This document shows positions 1 through 9,248 of a stretch of 64,000 bases of DNA, piece after piece. The DNA is from Patescibacteria group bacterium (lineage in GTDB: Bacteria > Patescibacteriota > Saccharimonadia > UBA4664 > SCTI01). Below the pieces are notes generated by a model that saw only the letters and a program-made list of their open reading frames with translations, was not told the origin of the DNA and ran no database searches. The stretch spans positions 64,160 to 128,159 of the forward strand of contig SCTI01000002.1 in the NCBI GenBank assembly GCA_004297735.1, written 5' to 3'. Made by a program: the position numbers and the translations under genes. Position 1 is the stretch's first letter; each line of letters begins with the position of its first letter.

Positions 1-1048
1 TGTCATTATGAGACAACGCTGCTACTTCGGCTTGAATTGCCTGACGGAAAGCCGGAGCCTGGTTAACATCAAAGGTTGAGCGAGGCAGTGGGCCATCGCC
101 ATCAAACCCGGTTGCTACCACCGTAATTTTAATGTGGTCATCCATACTCTCATCTAGCACCGCTCCAAAAATAATGTTGGCGCCAGGATCAACCGCTTCG
201 GTAATCACCTTGGCGGCCTCATCAATCTCGTGCATGCTCATGTTGCGACCACCGGTAATGTTGAACAGAACTCCCTTGGCGCCTTCAACATTAACCTCAA
301 GTAGCGGCGAGTCAATCGCCTGGCGGGCAGCCTGGGTCGCGCGGTTGTCACCCTTACCCACACCAATACCCATTAAGGCTGAGCCGGCGTTTTGCATAAT
401 CGACTTAACGTCAGCAAAGTCCAGGTTAATCAAGCCGTGGACGGTTATAAGATCCGAGATGCCCTGCACACCCTGCTGCAACACATCATCCACCACCTTA
501 AAGGCTTCTAGTAGTGAGGTTTTGCGATCAACCATATCAAGCAAACGGTCGTTGGGAATGGTAATCAAGGTATCAACGTGGTCCTTGAGCTCCTCAATTC
601 CCTGTTCGGCCTGGGTGGCGCGGCGCTCACCTTCAAAGGCAAAAGGCTTGGTAACAATACCAATTACTAGCGCGCCACTCTTGCGAGCCGCGGCCGCCAC
701 CAAAGGAGCCGCACCGGTACCGGTGCCGCCGCCCTCACCCGCGGTAATAAAGACCATGTCGGTATCGCGCAAGGAGTTGGCGATCTCTTGTTCGCTCTCT
801 TCGGCGGCCTTGCGACCAATGGCTGGGTCGGCACCGGCGCCCAGACCCCGAGTTAAATCTTGGCCAATATGAATCTTTTGGCCGGCTCGTGAATGATGCA
901 ACGACTGCGCATCGGTATTAATTGCCACAAACTCGACACCTTGAACCTTTGAATCAATCATGCGCTCAACCGCGGCTGTGCCACCGCCGCCAACGCCGCA
1001 GACCTTAATTCGCGCAAAGGTTTGTATCTCGGGGAGAACCTCAGCCAT
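1..1048 (-). CDS. ftsZ: Cell division protein FtsZ (3' end runs off the window)
   Basis: Manual minus-strand translation from ATG 1048: [23 protein letters not shown]..., tubulin-type GEGGGTGTG motif, NLDFADV; AAGGAG upstream; follows ftsA. Confidence 0.97.
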   Translation of the reverse strand, partial: MAEVLPEIQTFARIKVCGVGGGGTAAVERMIDSKVQGVEFVAINTDAQSLHHSRAGQKIHIGQDLTRGLGAGADPAIGRKAAEESEQEIANSLRDTDMVFITAGEGGGTGTGAAPLVAAAARKSGALVIGIVTKPFAFEGERRATQAEQGIEELKDHVDTLITIPNDRLLDMVDRKTSLLEAFKVVDDVLQQGVQGISDLITVHGLINLDFADVKSIMQNAGSALMGIGVGKGDNRATQAARQAIDSPLLEVNVEGAKGVLFNITGGRNMSMHEIDEAAKVITEAVDPGANIIFGAVLDESMDDHIKITVVATGFDGDGPLPRSTFDVNQAPAFRQAIQAEVAALSHND

Positions 1049-1196
1049 CTTGAATCATATCTCCTTCAACTATCCTTACCACAATACCTCCGGACCCTAC
1101 CGGCATAATGTGCAGTGTAGCCAAATCACGGTTTGAATGCAAATTTTTTGTTCACTTAAGATGGCTAATTTTTAGCGTACACAATTTGTGTTCAAA

Positions 1197-2435
1197 CTAG
1201 GGCAGAAGGTTGCGGAGCGTCTGGCGCAAGCGGGTAACCGTCTGACCAATCCGGGCGTTGGTGCGATCGGCGGGAACTCCGGCGTGCATGTTTTCGAACA
1301 TAAGGCCGACCGGAGCGGCAAAGGCTGGATCGTGAACCTTATCAATTAAGCCGGTTAAGCCGGATGGCTGGCCAATAATTGCGGGTAGCTTAAGGGCATC
1401 TTTGGCAAACTCATCGATACCAGGCATCTTAGCGCCGCCACCGGTTAGCACCACGCCTCCTGGTAGCATGCCGGCCTTACCAACGTTACGAAACTCCTGC
1501 TGAACCATATGAAAGATCTCTTCTAGTCTGGCCTGCACTATGTCGTGCAGATCGCGCTTAGATATAATGCCACCGCCATCGCCACCCAGTTCATCGATCC
1601 GAACCTTTTCGGTTGAGCTAATTCGGCCTGGGTTGGCCTTAACGTACTTGAGTTTAACCTTTTCGGCCACCTCAACATCGGTGCGCAGCCCAATCGCAAT
1701 GTCGTTGGTAATGTGTCCACTACCAACCGGCAAAATACTAGAATAAAGAATCTCGCCCTCCTCATAGACCGCTATGCCGGTGGTACCACCGCCAATATCG
1801 ATAACCGCCGCCCCCAACTCCATCTGCTTTTTGGTTAGAACCGCCCGGGCAGCCGCTACCGGCACCAACGACTGTCCTTCAATATCGATACCGGCCTGAT
1901 ACACGCTACGCTGCAAGTTTTTAATAGCCGGGGTGGCTCCGGTAACAATGTGGGTTTCGACCTCAAGGCGAACGCCGTTCATCCCCACCGGATCTTTAAT
2001 GTTGGTTTGACCGTCCAGACTAAATGAACGAGGGAACATTTGAATAATTTCTCGGTTGGGTGGTAACTGAATGGCGCTGGCGGCCTCTTCGGCGCGACGA
2101 ACATCCTCTATGGTGATCTCCTGGTCGGCTCGGCCAACCGCAATCACCCCGGTTGAGTTCTGGCTGAGGACATGGGCGCCATCGATGTTAATGGTGGCGC
2201 GATCAATTGGTACGCCGCTAATGCGCTCAGCCTCATCAACCGCCGCCGTAATTGACGATACGGTTTCCTCAATATCTATCACCTCGCCGCGGCGCAGACC
2301 CTCAGCCGGAGCCACTCCAACCCCAATAACACTCGGGTTAACCGCCTCGGCTTCGAGCAGGCCAACAATGCAGCACACTTTGGTGCTACCAATATCGAGA
2401 CCAATGTAAATGTTGTCTTGGCTGCGAGCTGCCAC
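1197..2435 (-). CDS. ftsA: Cell division protein FtsA
   Basis: GLDIGSTKV, IDIGGGTT and VLTGGGA actin-like ATPase motifs; directly upstream of ftsZ. Confidence 0.97.
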   Translation of the reverse strand: MAARSQDNIYIGLDIGSTKVCCIVGLLEAEAVNPSVIGVGVAPAEGLRRGEVIDIEETVSSITAAVDEAERISGVPIDRATINIDGAHVLSQNSTGVIAVGRADQEITIEDVRRAEEAASAIQLPPNREIIQMFPRSFSLDGQTNIKDPVGMNGVRLEVETHIVTGATPAIKNLQRSVYQAGIDIEGQSLVPVAAARAVLTKKQMELGAAVIDIGGGTTGIAVYEEGEILYSSILPVGSGHITNDIAIGLRTDVEVAEKVKLKYVKANPGRISSTEKVRIDELGGDGGGIISKRDLHDIVQARLEEIFHMVQQEFRNVGKAGMLPGGVVLTGGGAKMPGIDEFAKDALKLPAIIGQPSGLTGLIDKVHDPAFAAPVGLMFENMHAGVPADRTNARIGQTVTRLRQTLRNLLP

Positions 2436-2556
2436 CGGGAAACCGCTCCTTCGCTTTACCTACTGTTTAGTATACCGCTTATGCTAACCTGGGGGCAAGC
2501 CAGGGCCCATCAGGGCGAATCGGACAATAGCTGAAACTCTGCTTAGTATAACAGAA

Positions 2557-3309
2557 TTATGACTGCGTGAGGATTTGAGCGCCCTGCTCGGTGATAACAA
2601 CGGTGTGCTCAAACTGAGCCGACAGGCTGCCATCGGCGGTACGAATGGTCCAACCATCGCCATCAAGCACAATGTCGGCCGAACCGAGCGTTGCCATGGG
2701 CTCGATGGCGATAACCATGCCCGGCTGCAGCTCTGGGCCACGACCGGCCTTACCCTGATTCGGCACCTGCGGCTCCTCCCATAGCTCATAGCCAACCCCG
2801 TGGCCAACCAACTCGGTGATAATACCTAGTTTATGCTGGCGTAAAACCTGCTCGATAGCGGCCGATATGTCACCAACTTGGGCTCCGGGTTGAGCGGCGG
2901 CAATCCCGGCTGCCAGAGCCCGCTGGGTACCTTCTAGTAGACGTTTGGCAGCGGCTTCAGGGCGACCAACCGCCACGGTGATGGCGCCATCGGTAATTCT
3001 GCCCTTATAGCGCACGCCATAATCTAAGCCCACAATGTCACCGTCCATTAGTGGAATGTCGTTCGGGATGCCGTGGACCACCGCATCGTTGACCGAAATA
3101 CAGATCGGATCCGGAAATCCCTGATGCCCCTTAAAGGCGGCCTCGACTCCATGGCGCTTGGTTTCATCGGCCGCTAGTTGTGACAGCTGTCGCGGGGTGG
3201 CTCCTGGCTGAGCGGCCGCCGCAACCGCCTTTAGCACCTGGTCCAAAACCGCTCCCCCCTGACGCAGTCGCTCAATATCGTCGGCGGTTTTAAGCGAGAT
3301 GTTCGGCAT
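2557..3309 (-). CDS. map: Methionine aminopeptidase type I
   Basis: CISVNDAVVHGIP, GHGVG, AIEPM, SAQFEHT motifs. Confidence 0.97.
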   Translation of the reverse strand: MPNISLKTADDIERLRQGGAVLDQVLKAVAAAAQPGATPRQLSQLAADETKRHGVEAAFKGHQGFPDPICISVNDAVVHGIPNDIPLMDGDIVGLDYGVRYKGRITDGAITVAVGRPEAAAKRLLEGTQRALAAGIAAAQPGAQVGDISAAIEQVLRQHKLGIITELVGHGVGYELWEEPQVPNQGKAGRGPELQPGMVIAIEPMATLGSADIVLDGDGWTIRTADGSLSAQFEHTVVITEQGAQILTQS

Positions 3310-3856
3310 GTAGCACCTCTAAAATACGTTGTTGCACCACCGCCGGCTCGGCGTCAGCGTCGACCTCGCGCAGCAGTCCCTGCTGGCGACACAACTCAAT
3401 GGTTGGCAACGTGTCGCGCTCGTACTCGGCCCATCGCACCTTAATGGTTTCGGGCTGATCATCATGTCGCCCACGTTTAGCCAAGCGCTGCTCAACCTGT
3501 TCGCGCGACAGTTTAAGCAAGATTACCAGGTTGAGCTTACGGCCTAGCGCCGGCAAGTCTTCGTTTAAATGATGCACCTCTCCAGGCTTGCGTGGTGAGC
3601 CATCAAGTACGATACCCGTGTCCGCTGGCAGCTGACGCAGCTTTTCCAGCAACACCTTGTGCACGTAAGGTGACGGCACCAAATGACCGGCGTTCAGCGC
3701 CGCCACCACCGCCGGGTCGATACCGGGCTCCTTGATGTGCTCACGCAGGATGCTGCCGGTCGAAACCGCCTGCCACCCGAGCTCTTCGGCCAATATCCTG
3801 GCCTGAACCGACTTACCGGAGCCAATCGGCCCCATAATAGCTACGACAGGGGCCAT
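3290..3856 (-). CDS. adk: Adenylate kinase family nucleoside monophosphate kinase (short, no LID)
   Basis: P-loop GPIGSGKS, STGSILR, LDGSPR, RHDD; adjacent to map. Confidence 0.88.
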   Translation of the reverse strand: MAPVVAIMGPIGSGKSVQARILAEELGWQAVSTGSILREHIKEPGIDPAVVAALNAGHLVPSPYVHKVLLEKLRQLPADTGIVLDGSPRKPGEVHHLNEDLPALGRKLNLVILLKLSREQVEQRLAKRGRHDDQPETIKVRWAEYERDTLPTIELCRQQGLLREVDADAEPAVVQQRILEVLHAEHLA

Positions 3857-4218
3857 ATAAACCCCGTTAGGTACGGCCCAAACACCGCCACCCCAATGGC
3901 GGCCGCACCGACCGCCGCCACCAGCACCGCGCCAGCGGCAATGTCCTTAATAATTCGAACCTGCTGGTTGTGGTTGGGCTCAATTAAGTCCAGGATCTTT
4001 TCGATGGCGGTGTTAACCACCTCCGACACAAACACGATAATAATGGCAAAAAAGATTGCCGCTAGCTCGGCGTTAGACACATTTAGAGCCACCGCTAGTA
4101 GTAGCGCTAACACCGCTATAACCAGGTGAAAACGAGCGTTTCGCTCAACCCGCACCACATGCACCAATCCGCTAAAGGCGGTACGGAGGCTGCGTAAAAA
4201 TCCGATTACTGATTCCAT
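3841..4218 (-). CDS. dgkA: Diacylglycerol/undecaprenol kinase family protein
   Basis: ERNARFH, EVVNTAIE, IKDIAAGAV; three TM segments; downstream of ybeY. Confidence 0.9.
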   Translation of the reverse strand: MESVIGFLRSLRTAFSGLVHVVRVERNARFHLVIAVLALLLAVALNVSNAELAAIFFAIIIVFVSEVVNTAIEKILDLIEPNHNQQVRIIKDIAAGAVLVAAVGAAAIGVAVFGPYLTGFIWPLS

Positions 4219-4658
4219 TTAAAGTCCCTGTATCTTAGGTTTGAGTCGACCATCACTCGCTGCTGAATCGCCTCCATCTGCTGCTGGCCTTCTGGGGTTG
4301 AATGGTCGTAACCGGCAGCATGTAACAATCCGTGCAGCGCTAGCAGTCCCACCTCATCGACCACCTCAATTTGGGCCTGTTCGGCCTGACGAGCGGCGGT
4401 CTCGGTACTTATAACCACGTCGGCGATGGTTGGATCGTCGTTTTCAACCGGCTGATATGGGAAGGTTAGCACATCGGTGGCATAAGCATTACCGGTATAC
4501 TGTGTATTTAACTCGGTTATCTGAGCATCGTCAACCAGCAGCAGGTTCACCATGCCGTCTGGCAACTCAACCTGGTCATCATTGTCGACGGCAGCGGCGA
4601 TCGCCTGAACCGCGGTGGCCAGCTCGGTCGGCCAATCACCCACCAACTGAATCGTCAT
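4206..4658 (-). CDS. ybeY: rRNA maturation endoribonuclease YbeY
   Basis: TDVLTF and HGLLHAAGYDH zinc motif. Confidence 0.95.
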   Translation of the reverse strand: MTIQLVGDWPTELATAVQAIAAAVDNDDQVELPDGMVNLLLVDDAQITELNTQYTGNAYATDVLTFPYQPVENDDPTIADVVISTETAARQAEQAQIEVVDEVGLLALHGLLHAAGYDHSTPEGQQQMEAIQQRVMVDSNLRYRDFKWNQ

Positions 4659-5101
4659 TATTGCAGCTTGGCTCGTACCGCTGCCGATACGGCCGCTCCG
4701 TCGGTACGACCGCTAGCGCGTTTGACCACCTCGCCAATCACCTGGCCCATCTGGGCCGGGCCACTTGGCTTGAGCTCGCTTATCACCTGGCTGACAAGAT
4801 CGTCTAGCTCAGACTGGCTCAGCTGCTGCGGCAGGTAGCCCTCAATAATTGCAAGCTCCTGCTGCTCGGAGTCAGCCAGGTCGTCTCGGCCCCCAGCGCG
4901 ATACTGGTCAATGGAGTCACGGCGCTGCTTGGCCTCACGCTGCAACACCTTAAGTGCCTCCGGCTCACCCAGATCATGTCCAAGTTTGATTTTTTCATTA
5001 ATAAAGGCGGTTTTAATTAAACGTAAAACCTGCACGCGATCGGCCTGCTGCTCCTTAAGAGCAGCGGTTAGATCCTGGTTGATGGTATCGATGAGCGACA
5101 T
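4658..5101 (-). CDS. GatB/YqeY domain protein
   Basis: EAKQRRDSI..Y..GGRDDLA..E, YLPQQLS; conserved position after rpsU. Confidence 0.92.
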   Translation of the reverse strand: MSLIDTINQDLTAALKEQQADRVQVLRLIKTAFINEKIKLGHDLGEPEALKVLQREAKQRRDSIDQYRAGGRDDLADSEQQELAIIEGYLPQQLSQSELDDLVSQVISELKPSGPAQMGQVIGEVVKRASGRTDGAAVSAAVRAKLQ

Positions 5102-5126
5102 CTGATCCCTATCTTAAAGTTGATAA

Positions 5127-5336
5127 TTAGCGATAGAGGGCTTGCTTGGCTTTGTTGGCCTTGCGAGCAGCCTTGCGGATAGCAATTTCGCGTTGAGCCC
5201 GCTTGGTTAGCGGCTTCTCAAACTGACGCTTGCGCCGAGCCACACCCAACACACCTGATTGCTGCACCTTCTTGTTAAAGCGGCGGATCAGGTTTTCGAG
5301 TGATTCTCGTTCATCTTTGCGATTTACTTGCAGCAC
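5127..5336 (-). CDS. rpsU: 30S ribosomal protein S21
   Basis: ESLENLIRRFNKKV...FEKP; small and basic; GTG start. Confidence 0.9.
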   Translation of the reverse strand: MLQVNRKDERESLENLIRRFNKKVQQSGVLGVARRKRQFEKPLTKRAQREIAIRKAARKANKAKQALYR

Positions 5337-5428
5337 GTGCTGTCACCTTCTTTCTTGGTTGATGATTGCTTATTTTGCCTTGAGCAACTTGAGTATTGTA
5401 TCTGATTCTTATCTGTTGCGCAAGAGCG

Positions 5429-5475
5429 GGTCCGACCTAGCAAGAGGTCGGACCCTTTGCTAGGTCGGACCTCTT
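5429..5475. repeat. REP-like palindromic cluster (GGTCCGACCT/AGGTCGGACC x3)
   Basis: 15-bp inverted arms 5429-5443/5457-5471 with a third internal copy; a 15-bp inverted copy recurs at 7959-7973. Confidence 0.6.
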
Positions 5476-5795
5476 TAAGGCGCCATCAGATGGAGGTGTA
5501 GGTGATCCACCTCCTGCCCACCTTTGCGCCCTACGTTGATAGCAACCCGGTAGGCGCCGGTCACTCCCTGCTCCGCCGCCACCTGTCGAGTGGCCTCCAG
5601 CAGGCTTCCAGATAGCTCCGGAGTAGCCTCATCAAGACTGTTAACGTGGTCTTTCGGCACAATCAAGATGTGAACCCGCTCTTTAGGGTGGATATCTTTA
5701 AAGGCCGCAAACTCATCATTCTGCCAGATCAGCCCATCTGGACTGTTAGCCAGCTTACAAAATAGGCAGTCTGGAAGGGTTTGCGTATCGCTCAT
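5475..5795 (-). CDS. HIT (histidine triad) family protein
   Basis: DCLFCK, HILIVPK, GGQEVDHLHLH. Confidence 0.95.
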   Translation of the reverse strand: MSDTQTLPDCLFCKLANSPDGLIWQNDEFAAFKDIHPKERVHILIVPKDHVNSLDEATPELSGSLLEATRQVAAEQGVTGAYRVAINVGRKGGQEVDHLHLHLMAP

Positions 5796-5830
5796 ACCCC
5801 CACTCTACCATATTTGAGATGTCCCAAAGC

Positions 5831-5863
5831 AAAGGAAAACCCCGTCCGAAGACGGGGTCCTTT
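5831..5863 (-). terminator. Intrinsic terminator
   Basis: ACCCCGTC-TTCG-GACGGGGT stem-loop followed by TTTCCTTT on the minus strand. Confidence 0.75.
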
Positions 5864-5896
5864 CGTCCCGGCAGATGCCAGGGCGAGGCGATGAGG

Positions 5897-6097
5897 CTAC
5901 CTGAAGTTGCCCGGGAGACGGAAGGTGCCTCCGTGGACACCTCCACAGGTGGGCCAAGGGTCAATCTGGACCCCAGCTCCGCATGCAGAGGGCTGCTCTC
6001 CAGGAACAAGGGTTCGAGTTGGCGGCGGGCTGCCCCGACGACGTCGAGCCTTGGTCCTCACTACTGAGGTACTGCCGTTACCTGCCAAGTTGATCAT
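5897..6097 (-). CDS. Small orphan basic Gly/Pro-rich protein (start ATG 6097 or TTG 6088)
   Basis: TAAGGAG upstream, promoter TTGTAT-17-TACTAT, downstream terminator; no recognisable domain. Confidence 0.5.
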   Translation of the reverse strand: MINLAGNGSTSVVRTKARRRRGSPPPTRTLVPGEQPSACGAGVQIDPWPTCGGVHGGTFRLPGNFR

Positions 6098-6212
6098 CTC
6101 CTTATGGATCAACAGGTGGGGATCAGGTTGCTTTTATAGTACTCCTAAGCATAAGCATATACAAGGTGGAAATAGGTTGAGAAATAATAGCTTACAGACC
6201 CTAAACGTACTT

Positions 6213-6245
6213 CGAGGCCGTCATCTGGGAGTGATGACGGCCTCG
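6213..6245 (-). terminator. Terminator-like hairpin
   Basis: 13-bp arms CGAGGCCGTCATC/GATGACGGCCTCG downstream of the 6264 gene. Confidence 0.6.
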
Positions 6246-6263
6246 TTAAGAGACCCAGGTAGT

Positions 6264-6566
6264 TCAGGCGCGGTTGAGCGAGCGCTCGAGGCGGCGCGCC
6301 TTCCCGTAATGGCCGTTGGCGCGCAGATGCTTGATCTTGCGCTTCAGGTCCAGCTCGTCCAGCTTGGTCTCGTAGAAGACCTTGAGCGAGTTCAGCGCAC
6401 CGGTCAGGAGATCGTGGAGCACACCGGCAAAGGTGCGGTTCTTGATCTGCGCCAACGCTGAGCAGTAGGCCTTTTCGAGAGCCTCACGTCCCTGCCCCAG
6501 CCGGTAGCTGAAGTACAGGCCGTGCTGCACCAGGGTGAGCTTGTTCTGAAGCACTGCTTCGTTCAT
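6264..6566 (-). CDS. Orphan protein, 100 aa, basic C-terminus
   Basis: GAGGTG SD before ATG 6566; G/C-ending codons; hairpin downstream. Confidence 0.65.
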   Translation of the reverse strand: MNEAVLQNKLTLVQHGLYFSYRLGQGREALEKAYCSALAQIKNRTFAGVLHDLLTGALNSLKVFYETKLDELDLKRKIKHLRANGHYGKARRLERSLNRA

Positions 6567-6650
6567 CTGAGAATACACCTCATGGGAGTAGATGTCGGAT
6601 GGCGTCCGTGCCAGATGGCCATATCTGATCCTTCAGATATGGGTACTGCT

Positions 6651-6776
6651 TTATCGAGCGTACGCCCGGTGCCGGCGATTTTGCATCACCCTGAGTCCAC
6701 GCAAGAACCTGGCATGCACCGCCGGATGGGGGCGCTTCCGGGTATCTGGCTTGAACCGAGCACGTTTTTGCTTCAT
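6651..6776 (-). CDS. Orphan 41-aa Arg/Lys-rich microprotein (MKQKRARFKPDTRKRPHPAVHARFLRGLRVMQNRRHRAYAR)
   Basis: Manual translation; AGGAG SD overlaps the stop of the upstream ORF; below the ORF-track cutoff. Confidence 0.55.
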   Translation of the reverse strand: MKQKRARFKPDTRKRPHPAVHARFLRGLRVMQNRRHRAYAR

Positions 6777-6783
6777 GCGACTC

Positions 6784-6918
6784 CTACGGGTAGCGCTTGA
6801 ACGGCAGCAGCAACTGCAGGTAACCAACCAGGTAGAACCGGTCGATCACGCGGTTGCCGGTCTGGCCAGGCTTGGTGGGCTTGTACACCAGACGGAAAAA
6901 GCGGAGAAACGCCTCCAT
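6784..6918 (-). CDS. Orphan 44-aa microprotein (MEAFLRFFRLVYKPTKPGQTGNRVIDRFYLVGYLQLLLPFKRYP)
   Basis: Manual translation; GGGAG SD; first ORF after a near-consensus promoter. Confidence 0.55.
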   Translation of the reverse strand: MEAFLRFFRLVYKPTKPGQTGNRVIDRFYLVGYLQLLLPFKRYP

Positions 6919-6993
6919 GGCTTCGCTCCCGGGTAGTGGTTTGGGGTACTACACCTTTTGGCCTGAATTCGACCTTAGGGTTATCTAACCTGA

Positions 6994-7022
6994 TTTATAG
7001 CAAATTTACAGATAAATGTCAA
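6994..7022 (-). promoter_or_regulatory. sigma70-type promoter of the small-ORF operon
   Basis: TTGACA-17 bp-TATAAA with TG extended -10. Confidence 0.75.
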
Positions 7023-7144
7023 TTCTGCCTAGATGGTTTTGACGTTTTTGCTAATTAAACATCTAAATAGATCTGAATTGGCTTTTTTGGCTTTCTTAAG
7101 CCAAAGTTTGTTGTTTTCTGAGTGTAATATAAGCATTAAAACTA

Positions 7145-7173
7145 TTGACAAAATGGCCATTTGTTGGTATTAT
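7145..7173 (+). promoter_or_regulatory. sigma70-type promoter of the rpf-like gene
   Basis: TTGACA-17 bp-TATTAT with TG extension. Confidence 0.75.
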
Positions 7174-7333
7174 GTCTCCCGATAGCTTAAAAGTCGTGCC
7201 AATCCGGTACGCTTTTTTGTTATCAGGGCACCTTTTAAACGTCAGCTTTAGTAATAAAGCCGATATAGGTTCGCTCCTGAAGTGCGATAGCAAGATGTAC
7301 TTCAAATGGGAGAAAGGATCACTTCTTACCCCC

Positions 7334-7918
7334 ATGTATAACCTGCATACGCTGGTACTGCTTGTAGCAATGCTAGCCAACCCGGTCCGAATTGCCGCCG
7401 CTTTGCCGATTGCTCTTTCGACCGCTCCCGAGGTTAACGCCTCATCCCCTACTACCGCACCTGTACAAAAGATTACCTTTACCACCCAGGCCGCTCAGCC
7501 GGTAACCATCCCGGCTACTCCTCAGCCCAACATTGAGACTGAGGTGATTGAGCCCCTACGTCAGGCCCAGGCCGCTAAGGCCGAGGCCGAGGCCAAGGCT
7601 GCTGCGATTGCAGCTGCCAAGGAGGCTCAGGCTAAGGTTGCCGCTAAGGCCACTTCTGCCGCTACCACCGAGGCCGCTCCGGCTGCCACCGGTGACGCCT
7701 GGTACAAGCTCCGCTTGTGTGAGTCTGGTAACGATTACACCAAGAACACCGGTAACGGTTATTACGGTGCATACCAGTACAACATTGGTACCTGGAACAA
7801 CTATGGTGGCTTTGCCCGTCCGGACCTCGCTCCGGCCGCGGTACAGGACGCCAAGGCCCAGGCTGACTACGCCCGTCGTGGATTCAGCCCATGGCCTGCC
7901 TGTTCCAAGCGCCTCTAA
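7334..7918 (+). CDS. Secreted resuscitation-promoting factor (Rpf)-like transglycosylase
   Basis: Signal peptide, Ala/Thr/Pro linker, C-terminal W..L..CESG...NTGNGYYGAYQ....W...PWPAC; start reassigned to ATG 7334. Confidence 0.88.
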   Translation: MYNLHTLVLLVAMLANPVRIAAALPIALSTAPEVNASSPTTAPVQKITFTTQAAQPVTIPATPQPNIETEVIEPLRQAQAAKAEAEAKAAAIAAAKEAQAKVAAKATSAATTEAAPAATGDAWYKLRLCESGNDYTKNTGNGYYGAYQYNIGTWNNYGGFARPDLAPAAVQDAKAQADYARRGFSPWPACSKRL

Positions 7919-7920
7919 AC

Positions 7921-7951
7921 TAAAAACCGCCCTCTCGTAGGGCGGTTTTTA
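7921..7951. terminator. Bidirectional terminator between the rpf-like gene and hisS
   Basis: TAAAAACCGCCCT-ctcgt-AGGGCGGTTTTTA. Confidence 0.85.
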
Positions 7952-7970
7952 GTTTGGTAAGAGGTCCGAC

Positions 7971-9248
7971 CTACAGGCCGACCTTGCGCTTCTCTAGCTC
8001 CTTAACCACCGACCCTAGTGGAATCATCTCCTGAGCACCGGAGCGCATATCGCGCAAAATTACGGTCTCTTCTTGAATCTCCTTTTGGCCAATAATGATG
8101 GCGTAAGGCACGTTTAGTTTGTTAGCCCGCTCTAGCTGCGGACCGATGCCGTCGCGATCAACCGCCCCAACCGCGCCAACACCAGAATCAAGCAGCTGCT
8201 CGATTAGAGCAAAGGCGCCTATCCGAGCCGGTTCGCCAAGGCTCGCGACGTACACCTTTACGGCGTGCTCTTGCGGCAGCTCAACCCCCTCTTCTTTTAG
8301 CTCCAGCAGAACCCGCTCCAAACCGATGCCAAAGCCGGCCGCGGGGGTGGGCTTACTTCCGCCCAACTGCTGCACTAAATTATCGTAGCGCCCGCCGGCA
8401 CCCAGGCTGCTCTGTGAGCCTTCGCGTTCACCGTAAAACTCAAACACGGTGTGAGTGTAATAGTCTAAACCGCGAACCAGCAGTGGGTTCAGTTCGTAGT
8501 TAATCTGCATGGCATCCAGGTATTCTAGTACCGCTTCAAAATGCTGCTTGCTTGACTCCGATAGGTAGTTAAGAATTTGCGGTGCCTGCGCCACAATCTT
8601 TTTGGTGGCCCGTTCCTTCGAATCAAGCACCCGCAGCGGGTTGGACTTTAGCCGCTTGCGATCCACCTCGGGCAGCTCCGACTCGTAATCTTTAAGGTAG
8701 GCGGTTAGCGCCTTGAGGTAGTCTTTGCGGTCCTGCTGATCACCTAAGCTATTAAGCTGCAGGGTGACGTTACGCAGGCCAATCATGCGGTAAAAACGCA
8801 TCGCCAGCATCATAATGTGAGCTTCGATGCTTGGCGAACCGTCGCCAATAACCTCTACCCCCAGCTGGTTGAACTGGCGCTGACGACCGGCTTGAGGACG
8901 ATCGTAGCGAAACACCGGACCAGCAAACATTAGACGAACCGGCTGCGGCAAGCTGGCCATACCGTGTTCGATGTAGGCTCGAACCATACCAGCGGTTGGT
9001 TCAGGTCGGAGCGCCACTTCCTTATCGGAGCGGTCGGTAAAAGCGTAGAGCTCCTTGTCGACCACATCGGTACCTTCGCCCACACTCCGTACAAACACCT
9101 CTTTTTCTTCCATAATCGGAAGCTCAATTGGTTCAAAACCGGCGGCACCGGCTAGATGCCTAAAGGTGTCGGTTAGGTATTGATGAGCTTGTTGTTGCTC
9201 CGGCAGTATATCTGGCATACCTCGAACGTGCTGAAACTTTTTGGCCAC
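7971..9248 (-). CDS. hisS: Histidine--tRNA ligase
   Basis: LRPEPTA, FRYDRPQAGR, LVRGLDYY, GGRYD. Confidence 0.97.
   Translation of the reverse strand: MAKKFQHVRGMPDILPEQQQAHQYLTDTFRHLAGAAGFEPIELPIMEEKEVFVRSVGEGTDVVDKELYAFTDRSDKEVALRPEPTAGMVRAYIEHGMASLPQPVRLMFAGPVFRYDRPQAGRQRQFNQLGVEVIGDGSPSIEAHIMMLAMRFYRMIGLRNVTLQLNSLGDQQDRKDYLKALTAYLKDYESELPEVDRKRLKSNPLRVLDSKERATKKIVAQAPQILNYLSESSKQHFEAVLEYLDAMQINYELNPLLVRGLDYYTHTVFEFYGEREGSQSSLGAGGRYDNLVQQLGGSKPTPAAGFGIGLERVLLELKEEGVELPQEHAVKVYVASLGEPARIGAFALIEQLLDSGVGAVGAVDRDGIGPQLERANKLNVPYAIIIGQKEIQEETVILRDMRSGAQEMIPLGSVVKELEKRKVGL

Noticed and set aside
132-872. 246-aa plus-strand ORF
   Set aside because: Antisense shadow of ftsZ
7178-7333. Canonical ydaO c-di-AMP riboswitch
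   Set aside because: Conserved GCUGAAUCC and GGGGGA segments are not visible; kept as an unknown structured leader
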